In this document: positions 12,280 through 22,700 of the stretch, piece by piece
Layout of the letters: each line of letters begins with the position of its first letter
Position numbering within the stretch: the first letter of the stretch is position 1
Assembly: GCA_030704615.1 (NCBI GenBank)
Contig: CM060732.1
Span: forward strand, 23,188,001 to 23,252,000
Direction of reading: 5' to 3'
Origin: Takakia lepidozioides
Taxonomy: Eukaryota; Plantae; Bryophyta
Length of the DNA: 64,000 nt
The notes under the pieces: generated by a model
What the model was told of the DNA's origin: nothing
The model's database searches: none
What the model saw: the letters and a program-made list of their open reading frames with translations, nothing else
Made by a program: the position numbers and the translations under genes

Positions 12280-13885
12280 ATGGGAAAGGCTGCGGTGCGG
12301 CTGAAGGAGGTGGTGTACTCTCTGTCGCCCAACCACCAGCACGTCATGACTGGGTTGATGAAGGGTGCGTCTTACAAGCTGAGCAAAAGGATACATGAGA
12401 ACTGGGTCTCGGCTCTCACTCTGGTCATCCCCGTCGTTGGCACGTACTGGTTTGTTTCTCTCCGAGATTTTCAATGCAGTTCTATGGCAACCGACCTTGT
12501 TCAATGTGTCGCATTCTGTATCTTTTTCTACTTGCACATGGCAATTGTAAGAAAGCGGGCCAGTTCTTTCTTCCTCATTATTGTCTAAATAGGTTTGACG
12601 ACATCTCGTGGGTGGTCACCAGTGTGGGTCTGAGAATAGTCACTGCGAGACCTGGATACCAATGCTTCTTGGAGCGCTGCTTTTTTATTTTCGATATTGG
12701 AGTTTTCATTAAAGACCCTGCCTTGACTCTCACATTTTTCCCCGGTCCTTCTTCTCGGTTAATTCTGGAAATCCAGAACCCTTTTAGTTGTGGCCTCGCA
12801 CAAGTACCGGGCGGAGTTGGAGACCAGTCTTAGGTTTCTTCTCAGATAAGGCACCATTTTGGATCTGCCTGTGTGTTTTCCTCCATCCATTGAAGCATGG
12901 AGAGAGACTTGTGATAATTCAGTCTCGAGCTTGCACCTGCAGCCCACTGTGCCTGGAAGGTTTCTATAGTCTGCATGGGTTTTCTGATATATCTTTAATC
13001 TGTCCTGCTCTTTGTTATGAGAACTTGCTGCACTGATCCTTCTGGGCACTTTCTTTTGTGCCCCCACTGGATCAGAGTTCGACTCCTATATCTTGGAAGC
13101 AGGATTACCCCGTCAAACAGGCTAAGTCCTGGCGGAGAGTAGAAGGATCTGAATCTAAGTCCGCAAGCCTTGACCCTGCTGGATAAATCTGACTTAGAGG
13201 CTGTAGTGTCCAAAGCCATGTCTGTTGCCAGGAAATTGTCTGTTAGGCAGAAAACTTCCCTGAACTTGTTTCCAGTTTCTGACATGGGAGAGGCCATCAT
13301 AGATGACCTCAAGGGTTTACCCACCCTCGGCACTAGAAATTTAAACTCGGGGTGGGAATCCTACCTTTGAACAGCAAACAGAAGCAGAAAGGAAAGGGGG
13401 ATTGCAAATGCCCGTTGTGTGGGCAACCTGAAGACAATATTCACTTTCTGATTCATTGTCCTGGGTACTCTCACCAGAGAGATGTCCTCTTCCAATCCAT
13501 CAAGGGAATTGTGCCTGTACCTCTGTTTACCGACTTTGAAAGTCTCGAGGCTGAGCCAAGAGCCCAGGCACCTTTTGGGGCCTAGTTATTGGGTAAACCA
13601 CACACAGCAGATTGATGCTTGTGTAAAGGGATTTCTAGAGGATATCTGGATCATTGTCTTGTCCAAGGTAAGTCATACGACCGGTGTCAGCCCTTGACAA
13701 AGGTAGTTTCTGTCCCTTTGTGTTCCGCTCAAACTGAGCGCGGGGTCAACGGCCACAAGGCTATGGCAAACATCTTATGAGTACATTCTTTCCTTATCTA
13801 ATGGGATATAAAAATACTTTGGGCTTGTCTGAACAGGTATGCTGAGCACAGCCGGGAGATGGAGAAGCTACACCACCGCTCCTAA
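12280..13885 (+). CDS. QCR8: Cytochrome b-c1 complex subunit 8 (UQCRQ/QCR8); exons 12280-12449 and 13837-13885
   Basis: Spliced 72-aa product MGKAAVRLKEVVYSLSPNHQHVMTGL...HENWVSALTLVIPVVGTYW|YAEHSREMEKLHHRS* matches plant QCR8; phase-2 GT-AG intron. Confidence 0.93.
12600..13770 (+). mobile_element. 5'-truncated, decayed non-LTR retrotransposon (LINE) 3' fragment inside the QCR8 intron
   Basis: CPLCGQPEDNIHFLIHCPGYSHQR (~13407-13480) is the CCHC zinc motif typical of the LINE ORF2 C-terminus; frameshifts around it; boundaries approximate. Confidence 0.65.
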
Positions 13886-14770
13886 AGTGAAGTAGTAGTT
13901 GAGCAAAAGTGCAACCTGCAAGTTGTGTAGCAATGGCACCGCATTTGACATGGACGATTTTTCACATATGGAGAGATTCATATGTATAGATGGCTTTGAT
14001 TAGAGGTGGGTTTTCAAGTACTTTTGAACTGAATGTTTTTGCCTTGGCACAGTTTTTTGTGATTAGTGCTATGAAGGTAACTTGGGTGGAATGTCAATGT
14101 GGTTCTTGAGGTCGCCCGGCCCCCAGTATTATTTTGCACAATTTAGATTTGTTGACAATTTATGACTTGAAACAAGCAGATTATTAGATGGTAGCTTTCT
14201 TATGGTACATTAAATCATGAGAAATAGCCCTAAAACAGGCTCTCATACACAGATTGATGAAATTTTTACCTATCTTTCACAAGTTATATCTTTGGAAGTA
14301 AAGGTTTAAGCTCCTCCTTCAGGAGGGGGTGACATAGGAAGTTGTGCAATGAGAAACTGCAGGTTATCAGTAGTATACACACCAAGTGCTTGTGTGCAGT
14401 AAATGGTAAAAAACCTGAAAAATTTGGTGAATTAGCCTGCAACCTTTTTGTAAGGGTTTGTACACACAAACCCGGGAGGCTTTCAACACCCAATTCGCAA
14501 TGCTGTCATTTGTGGTTACGTAGATCATCGGCGCAAATTTGAGCTTACAGACCTTTGCATAGTTTTCCAACTAATCAGCACTTGTGGTTCTGGTTGGGTC
14601 AATAGTGTGAGGTTTCAGCAACCAGAGGTTGTCTGGGCCGGCCTCATCTGAGGTCCCAAATGTGCCAGAATCTGTCTGGCACAACTTCAAAATATGCATT
14701 CTTCGTCTGTCTGGCCCCCAAATTCCATGGTTTTTACGGTCAAGTGAAAGTGGCAGGGATGCATGCATTT

Positions 14771-17593
14771 TCACCAGTAGTTCCCACAAGAACAAACCCC
14801 ATCTTGGAAGTGGTGAAAGCGGTTGGCATCTCGTACAACAATTGTTCGAGCTGCAATCTTTGAGATGAACTTGGTGGCTGTGTGGCAGTCACCACAGACC
14901 CGAAGGTTCTTGATGACACGAATCGGCGTGCCAGGGGATGTGCAGATGAGACCAAACGCAATAGCTAGCCTCTCACTGTGGTAACAAAGAGAAAATTCCT
15001 TTTGCTGCTCCTCCACATCGTGCAATACATAGCGTGTGTCAGGCACATACCCGGCCTCCTTCATCTGCCCAGACAATCTATTCAGCTCAGCATGGATTTC
15101 CTCAATTTGTGGATGCACTTCGTCGTCTACAAGAAATGTATGCACCTGGTTGTTCACCTCAATGCAGCTGCGCCCTGGCTCCTTTCTGACACCTCTGTCC
15201 ACCATCATGTTTCTCACCTTTGCAGCGTCGTCCCACCTGCCAGTGGCAGCATAGATGTTTGATAGCAGCACATACGTTGGAGCATGCAGTGGATTCAACT
15301 TGAGAAGACATTTTGCCGCGCGTTCTGCTAACTCCACATTGCCATGAATACTGCAAGCACCAAGCAAGGCTCCCCACACCAGAGCATCTGGTGCCATTGG
15401 CATTTTGTTTATCAAGTCTTCTGCCTCATCCAATCGCCCTGCACGGCCAAGCAGGTCCACCATACAGCCAAAATGATCGACTGTAGGAGTGACGCCATGA
15501 GCCTGAATCATGGATTCAAAGTAGTGGCAACCTTCATCCACCAGGCCCACATGGCTGCATGCTGACAGAACACATATGAAGGTGATTCTGTCTGGCTTCA
15601 AGCCTTCCTTTTGCATTTGGTCAAACAGTTCCAGAGCCTCCCTACCAAAGCCATGCTGAGCATATCCTGCAATCATTGCACTCCATGAGACAACATTTTG
15701 TTGAGCCATATTGTCAAACACTTGACGGGCATCCTTCATGCTCCCGCATTTGGCATACATGTTGACAAGGGCAGTATCCAGAATGATATCTGGCACAATT
15801 CCAGCCTTTAGGATGTCGCTGTGGATCTCTACACCCTTTTCCAGTGCTGCTAGGCTGGCACAGGCCTGGAGAACACAAATGAATGTGACCATGTCAGGTT
15901 TCAACCCTTCCTGTACCATTTGCTCGTAGGTCTCCAAAGCCTCACTACCGCACCTGTGCTGAGCATATCCTGCAATCATTGCACTCCATGAGATCACATT
16001 TCGTTGAGCCATATTGTCAAATACTCCACGTGCATCCTCTATGCTCCCACATTTGGCATACATGTCGACAAGAGCAGTGTCCAGAATGATATCTGGCGCA
16101 ATTCCAGCTTTCATGATCTCAGCATGGACCTCTTTGCCCTTTTCCAGAGCTACCAAGCTGGCACACACCTTGAGAATGCAAATGAACGTAATCTTGTCAG
16201 GTGTCACGCCTTGCTGTATCATTTGCTCATAAATCTGGAAAGCCGCCATAGCATCTCCAAAGCCTCCATACCCTGCAATCATTGCACTCCATGAGACCAC
16301 ATCTCGCTCAGCCATACTGTCAAACACTTTTCGCGCATCCTTTATATTTCCACATTTGGCATACATGTCGACAAGTGTATTCTCCAGCATGATATCCAGC
16401 ACAATTCCAGCTTTCATGATGTCAGCATGGACCTCTTTGCCCTTTTCCATGTCTGCCAGGCTGGCACATGCACTAAGAATGCAAATGAATGTGACTTTGC
16501 TTGGAGTCGCCCCTTCCCCTATCATTTGCTCATAGGTCTCCAATGCCTCCCTACCACACCCATGCTGGGCATATCCTGCGATCATGGCATTCCATGAGGC
16601 TACATCTCGTTGAACCATATTCTCAAACACTTGACGCGCATCCTCTATGTTCCCGCATTTGGCGTACATGTTGAAAAGGGTAGTCTCCAGAATGATATCT
16701 AGCACAATTGCAGCTTTGATAATGTCAGCATGGACCTCTTTGCCCTTTTCAAGGGCTCCAAGGCTGGCACACGCATTGAGAACACAAGCGAATGTGACTT
16801 TGCCAGGGGTCATTCCTTCGTGTTTCATTCGGTCATAGATCTCCAAAGCCTCCCTACCACAACCATGCAGAGCATATCCTGCGATCATTGTGTTCCATGA
16901 AACTTCATCCCTCTTTGCCATATTGTCGAACACTTGGCATGCATCCTTTACACTCCCGCATTTTGCATACATGTCGATGAGGGTATTCTCCAAAATGATA
17001 TCTAGTGCAATTCCAGCTTTGAGGATGTCGGCATGGACCTCCTTGCCCTTATCCAGGGATGTCAGGCTGGCACATGCATTGAGAACAGAAATAAATGTCA
17101 CTCTGTCCGGTGTCACCTGTTCCTGTATCATTTGCTCATAGATCTCCGTGGCCTCCTTGCCACACCTCTGCTTGGCATATCCTGTTAACATTATAGTCCA
17201 TGTAAACACATCTCGTTCAGGCATTTTGTCAAAGACTTGGCGTGCATCCACCATACTTCTGCATTTGGCATACATGTTGACAAGGGTGTTGAGTAGAAAG
17301 AGGCTTGGCTTGAATCCACTTTGGATAATGTGGGCATGCACCTGCTTCCCCTCTGCTAGGGCTTTTTTCTTGATGCACTCCTGCAAGAGACAGACATAAG
17401 TATTGGAGTCTGCCAAAATGCCTCCTTGGTTCAAACTGTGCAGCGCCTGTTTCAGATGTCCTGCCTTGCATAGTATCCTCACATCCCCATGGATGCCAAA
17501 AGAGTCTTTGTTAACTCTCCCTCCTGGCCCTCTTTCAAAAGGCATGGTCGAGGTGCCTGATTCAAACAACTGTGCCTGATTCAACCCTGCCAT
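14771..17593 (-). CDS. PLS-class pentatricopeptide repeat protein with E1/E2 and DYW deaminase domain (C-to-U editing factor, PG-box type); probably the last exon of a longer gene
   Basis: Regular L-S-P triplets, P2-L2-S2, E motifs, PG box KEPGRSCIEV, zinc ligands HSERLA and CGDCH, terminal CSCGNYW*. Confidence 0.96.
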   Translation of the reverse strand: MAGLNQAQLFESGTSTMPFERGPGGRVNKDSFGIHGDVRILCKAGHLKQALHSLNQGGILADSNTYVCLLQECIKKKALAEGKQVHAHIIQSGFKPSLFLLNTLVNMYAKCRSMVDARQVFDKMPERDVFTWTIMLTGYAKQRCGKEATEIYEQMIQEQVTPDRVTFISVLNACASLTSLDKGKEVHADILKAGIALDIILENTLIDMYAKCGSVKDACQVFDNMAKRDEVSWNTMIAGYALHGCGREALEIYDRMKHEGMTPGKVTFACVLNACASLGALEKGKEVHADIIKAAIVLDIILETTLFNMYAKCGNIEDARQVFENMVQRDVASWNAMIAGYAQHGCGREALETYEQMIGEGATPSKVTFICILSACASLADMEKGKEVHADIMKAGIVLDIMLENTLVDMYAKCGNIKDARKVFDSMAERDVVSWSAMIAGYGGFGDAMAAFQIYEQMIQQGVTPDKITFICILKVCASLVALEKGKEVHAEIMKAGIAPDIILDTALVDMYAKCGSIEDARGVFDNMAQRNVISWSAMIAGYAQHRCGSEALETYEQMVQEGLKPDMVTFICVLQACASLAALEKGVEIHSDILKAGIVPDIILDTALVNMYAKCGSMKDARQVFDNMAQQNVVSWSAMIAGYAQHGFGREALELFDQMQKEGLKPDRITFICVLSACSHVGLVDEGCHYFESMIQAHGVTPTVDHFGCMVDLLGRAGRLDEAEDLINKMPMAPDALVWGALLGACSIHGNVELAERAAKCLLKLNPLHAPTYVLLSNIYAATGRWDDAAKVRNMMVDRGVRKEPGRSCIEVNNQVHTFLVDDEVHPQIEEIHAELNRLSGQMKEAGYVPDTRYVLHDVEEQQKEFSLCYHSERLAIAFGLICTSPGTPIRVIKNLRVCGDCHTATKFISKIAARTIVVRDANRFHHFQDGVCSCGNYW

Positions 17594-18056
17594 CCTGCAT
17601 GACTCAGAATTCTCAGTGACATATACCTTGACGCTGAACTCACCTCCAAGCTCCTACATACATCAAAGAAAGATCTCTTCACAAGGGCAGGCCCCTTTGC
17701 TATATATTAATAGGATTTGAGTAGGTTACACTTCCTATAACATTGTGTGAGGGTGCAGGCTTGTAATAGATTACCAATTCAGACACTGGCTGCAATACCA
17801 TTTTTGTCCTTCAATACCTGGAATACACCAAGAAGCACTTCTACCAAGTGCGTTCACATAAAAAGTTACATAAAAAACAACAGCGTAAAACTCGCCTATT
17901 CTGTGTAACCTCCTATGCACCCCAGACACAGAATTTCTGCTCCATTCTTACTCGAGCAACTTTTCCTTCCTTACACTTAACAGAACACCTAATGCACTAG
18001 AGATAAAGATAAGATTTTCAGTAGGTGTGCATCTATAAAGAGGAGACATGTCATAC

Positions 18057-18788
18057 TGGAAGGGTTCGAACGATTCCCCTCGACCTGGGCTAGCTGCAGA
18101 CGTGCGCCTAGCTGCTTCCAGCTTTTCCAATTGACCATCTACCCACGCAGGTTTGTTGCAGCTATCAATCCACAGTACCTGGTTGTTACTCTTGTGCTTG
18201 AAATCTGGTCGACTAGGATTGATCTGCACCCACACTCCATCCCTGCTTCCTTCAGCCACCACTGCCTCCGCAACACATTCTATGAATTCCCCCCCTTGCC
18301 ACAAGTTGCTGACAATCACATCCCATTACTTACACCCTCGCCCTCCGTGTCAGGCACTACTCTGCTTCTGCTGTGCCATAACAGGCATTCACCTTATTAG
18401 CTCGATTGTCCCACCATTGGCCGGGGTCTGAAAAATATTCGTTCCAAAGCTTTTCCTCGTCTCTATTTGGGTTTTTGGGATTTTTGCCTGTGTTGGCAGT
18501 TGGGTTGCTGGATGTGACCACGGACCGTGGCAACTCCATTTTCACCACCTCCGGACGGAATCCTTCCTCAAGCTGCCCTACAATTGGCTTGAAAATGTCC
18601 GAAACAAATCTCAAGGCGGGGTTTGGAAAATTCAGAGCTGCGTCAAGAGCGTACATTCCACCCCTTCTTGAAAATTCCATCCCAGGGGCAGGCTTGCAAG
18701 CAGTGTAGCCTCGGGGAGACTTGGGAGGGCAAACCCCGCAGCCAGCCATGTTCTCCAGGCGTTGCATGCATGCTGTATGCTCTGCCAT
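18057..18788 (-). CDS. Two exons (18788-18393; 18223-18057 or -17975) encoding an OSB-family PDF ssDNA-binding motif; likely N-terminus of the PPR-DYW gene
   Basis: Spliced: EEKLWNEYFSDPGQWWDNRANK|INPSRPDFKHKSNNQVLWIDSCNKPAWV, the WWDNR..K.NP..PDFKHK...LW motif of organellar OSB proteins; phase-0 AAG|GTGAAT...TGCAG|ATC intron. Confidence 0.8.
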
Positions 18789-19735
18789 GGTTGCTCCTTC
18801 TCCAACTAAGTCACCAAATCTTTTTCCAGCTACTCTCGGGGTAGTGAGTGGGAAAGATCACTTTAGCCAACACGCAAGTAAACCCCGACATCGATACACA
18901 AAAAGACTGTCAACTTGCATTTAGATAGCTCACGAACAAGAGAAGTCTGCAATCGGAGCGTCTCAGATGGAATGGTCATCAACCAGGGTCAGATATGCAG
19001 CCATGAACACACACCCTTTCTACAAGGTAACTATGTCAGGACGACAGCAGGCCTCCTCAAAGAAACCTGAGGTGGGGGGGGTGCAATCTTCATCTCTCCA
19101 ACCAATTCACCGAGCAGAACAGGACCCACAACCAGAACACAACTATCATTTCATTAGTGATCAAGAGGGAGGAGATGTAAGGATAGAGTGTGTTAACACA
19201 AACCGTTCGTCAACTGGTTATGGATGTTCAGGTTAACTTAATATGGCAGGGCTCTTGCAAAGTGGGTTTGACATGAGGTTTTGACTTCTCCTTTCATCGT
19301 TCCTCAATCTGTATTGTTAATGACAGACTCGTTCTCGTCATCTCATGTTTGAAGTGTCTGACCCACATAGAACATCTTTCACATCATTTATCACAGGACC
19401 CAAAAGGATTTTATTGAACTGAAAGTGATGTGATGAACTTCACAGCTTGTGGAGTATTGAGGGAGTCAAGCTTCACTAGGCTTTTAGGAGCTGTGGAGTT
19501 GGAGAAAAAATGGTCATGTCCAGTCACAGAGGAAACAAACCATCTGATTTGCAGATTGAATCCGAACGTGAAAGTTTCATTTAATGCTACAACAAAGTTA
19601 CTCTTGCTCTCTATTTTCATGTGAGCTTTCTGACTGGCCCAGGTTGTGCTAGGAGGACAAGCAGTCTACACAACTTCGCTTGAATGCCTTGTGTGCCCTG
19701 AAGTTCTCCTTCAAGATGTTGAGGTTCTCAGTATT

Positions 19736-22700
19736 CTATTTGAAAAGTCCAAATAGTCCTCGATTTGAACGCTTTGCCCTACCATCGGCGCCACTACTTC
19801 CAGCAGAAGTCGAATACCGCAGTTCCCGCAACTCGGTCCGCAAAATCTATCATGGGAGAGGCCACCCTCACACAAACGTTCTTGTTAGACCAGGTAAACG
19901 TTCAAATGAATACAAAACCCCAGCATTTTACGCACCCCCTTCCATCAATTGAATAAGCCTTGCAGGTTATCCCAAGCTTCTTTGCCAGCCCCTACAGGTG
20001 CTAAGAAACATCTTTGTCAACCTATAACACATGAATATAAACATTCCCACCTTCACCTTCGCTATCAGGAGAGATATTTGAATGAATTGCCAATGGGCGC
20101 TATGGTACTCAGAAGGGTAGAAATCAAGAGACCACCATATACAAATAACAAATCAAAGCAGACCAAAGCATGGTTCTAGCTCCACTGCAGATGTACCCCA
20201 TTATAGACAGATGGGCAACTTTAGTCTGGTGGCCAGTTTAAGCCATTGGCTTCCTGAATCAAGAGAGCATGGACCTTCAATTTGGAAAACCTTGAAATTT
20301 CTCAAGTTTAAGGATGAAGGGGCTCACATGTTGCAGGCGATACAGAATGCGACACTCACTTTCACAGAGAGCAACTGCCAGCTCTGCTAACTTGGGCTGA
20401 CTGCTGCCTCCAGTGCTTTTTGAGTAAGGAAGCTCCACATTTTTCTGAGATACACATCAGCAATATGTTGAAGACATAACTTACAAGGAACCATGGGATG
20501 TCCATCACTGACTCTGCAAATATGAACCCAACCAATCCAAAGCCACACAAGAATCTCTTTCTACAAGCACAAGATGACAACCATTGCATATGCATGCAAT
20601 TTATCTCCAAGCTCAAGTCTGGGGTGTTTACCTCTAGAAACCTGGTGTAGTTTGCTATGGATGTCTCACAGACTGCCAATATGAGCTCATAAGCTCTCAT
20701 TTCATCCTCTTCAGAGAGCAAAGATTGCTTATCTGTGGATCTGCTCCCTGCTGCCTTAGCTGCTGCAGCCATCTACCTGGGCCATTCCAGTACCATTGGT
20801 CCTATAATTCCAAGAGTACTCCAGCAGCATACAAAAGTACGAGTGAGACAGAGAGTCGAGTAAGCATGAAGTGTTATTTGCAAGCGTCCTCTACCTTTCG
20901 GGCAATGGTGCTTCACCCAATGCAGTTGCAACAGATTGGGTCTACGATCATACTCCCTAAAAGGATAGGCAAACCAGATTCAAAAGGATGGAAGTGCATT
21001 GAACAAAAGAGATTAGAGTAAGAGTGGACCCAGAAGCATCTCACACCTGAGAGAATTTAGGAGCAAATGATGCTGGGCTCACAGCAAGGCGGGCGTAAGC
21101 GAGTAGCTGTGCTGGCATGCCATCCCTTCTTACTGGAAACCTCTGAGGCCTAATTCTGTTAGGGATCAACATTTGTGTGACAGCAAAGGCAACCTGCACC
21201 ATTACAATTTGAAATATCCCCAACCATTGATCTGGTAGACAAGTAAAATACTTCCAAAGGCCAGGTTTTGTTTTAACTATCTCATGCAGTGGACAGATAA
21301 TGAATAGATAGGCAGGTGGGGAGAGATAATTCACCTTGAAAGAGAAGGCAAGAGATCTAAGAGAACAGAAACAAAATGCACAGCTCCATTATCTATGGCT
21401 GAAGTTCAGGGATGGATACGAAGACAGTCCATGTTCATTAAGAGCTGAAAGCTTGGCCTCATACAAATCATCATTTTGATCCAAAGTCACTTGCAGCTCC
21501 ACAGAGTCGTCGGGATTAAGTTCCGATGGAATAAACCCATATGCAAGTAGAAGCTCACTGTTGGACCTGTTTCCATAGGAGAGAAATACCTGAAACATGC
21601 ATGAGTGTTAAACTCTGACAAGCTATGTAATCAGCAAACGTAAAAGCATCGGCTCCTCTCTGTTGTCATGTTGCTGACAAGATTCTATGATTGGTTCAAG
21701 TGTCATCATATGCTTTCTTTCATCCATTGTCTTGCTCAGCAGCTCTGTGGCCTAGAAACCTTTTCAAAACCAGAGCATTTACAAACATTGAGGGGTTTCT
21801 GTGATCCTTGTAGGTAAAGAACACTAGAATCTGTGGTAGCATGTCTCTCATTAACAGACCAACCTGTTCCCCGGGTTCATAGCTGCGCTCCGTGCCAAAT
21901 ACCACAGACTTTCCATCACTGCGGTAGTCCAAAAATGTGTCTGCCTGCTCTCCACCAAGAAAAGATCTCACAACTTACACTGAAGTCACTATATACTGAA
22001 TCAGTATAATCCGCTACAATTTTCTACACCACATGCTGGTAAAATAGGTCACTACTCAAGCTGCCATCAAGCAGGTGAAGGCTTGCTAGCAGGCTTACAA
22101 GGCATGGCTCCAACATTATGCTTTCACATCAACCCCATTGGATTTAGAGAGACGCGTGTCTGAATTTAGAAAGAACTAAGCTTTTGGAGAAAGTTACCTG
22201 GGGACTGTGGTTTAACATGTCAGCCCATGGCACCAGTGCCAGCTGCCCTGATGACGGCAATCTTACCTAACCAGTTCCCACATCTGAATAATTAGTCATT
22301 CTGAAATATCCATCTTCTTTTCTTTACTTGTTGGTTACAAGATACTGTAGGGATGCCTACTTCTATCATAGCTCACAGAGAATCATCAGTGGGACAACTT
22401 GCCACTGCACCATTCTAGTTCCTTCTCACTTCACAGCACAAGAACACAGTACAGACAAGGTTGTAACTTCAGATACATAAATGTCTGCCTTGGCGCACCT
22501 TTCTTACCATGGCAGCACAAACACTCACAGGAGATAGCACTCTGCATGCTATCCCAAAAACTTTTAGGATGTGAGATAATCCCTCTTTTTGTCCACCTCC
22601 ATATTTTCTTTACGAATGGATCCCAAAGGTTGCAATCACTCTAGCCATAAGCTTAAGACTTGCCACTTGGTAAAGTCACTCATTTGCCAAATGACCCGAA

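Noticed and set aside
14771-15200. U-to-C (reverse) editing DYW variant
   Set aside because: It has a PG box and HSE motif and ends NYW, not the KP-type signature.
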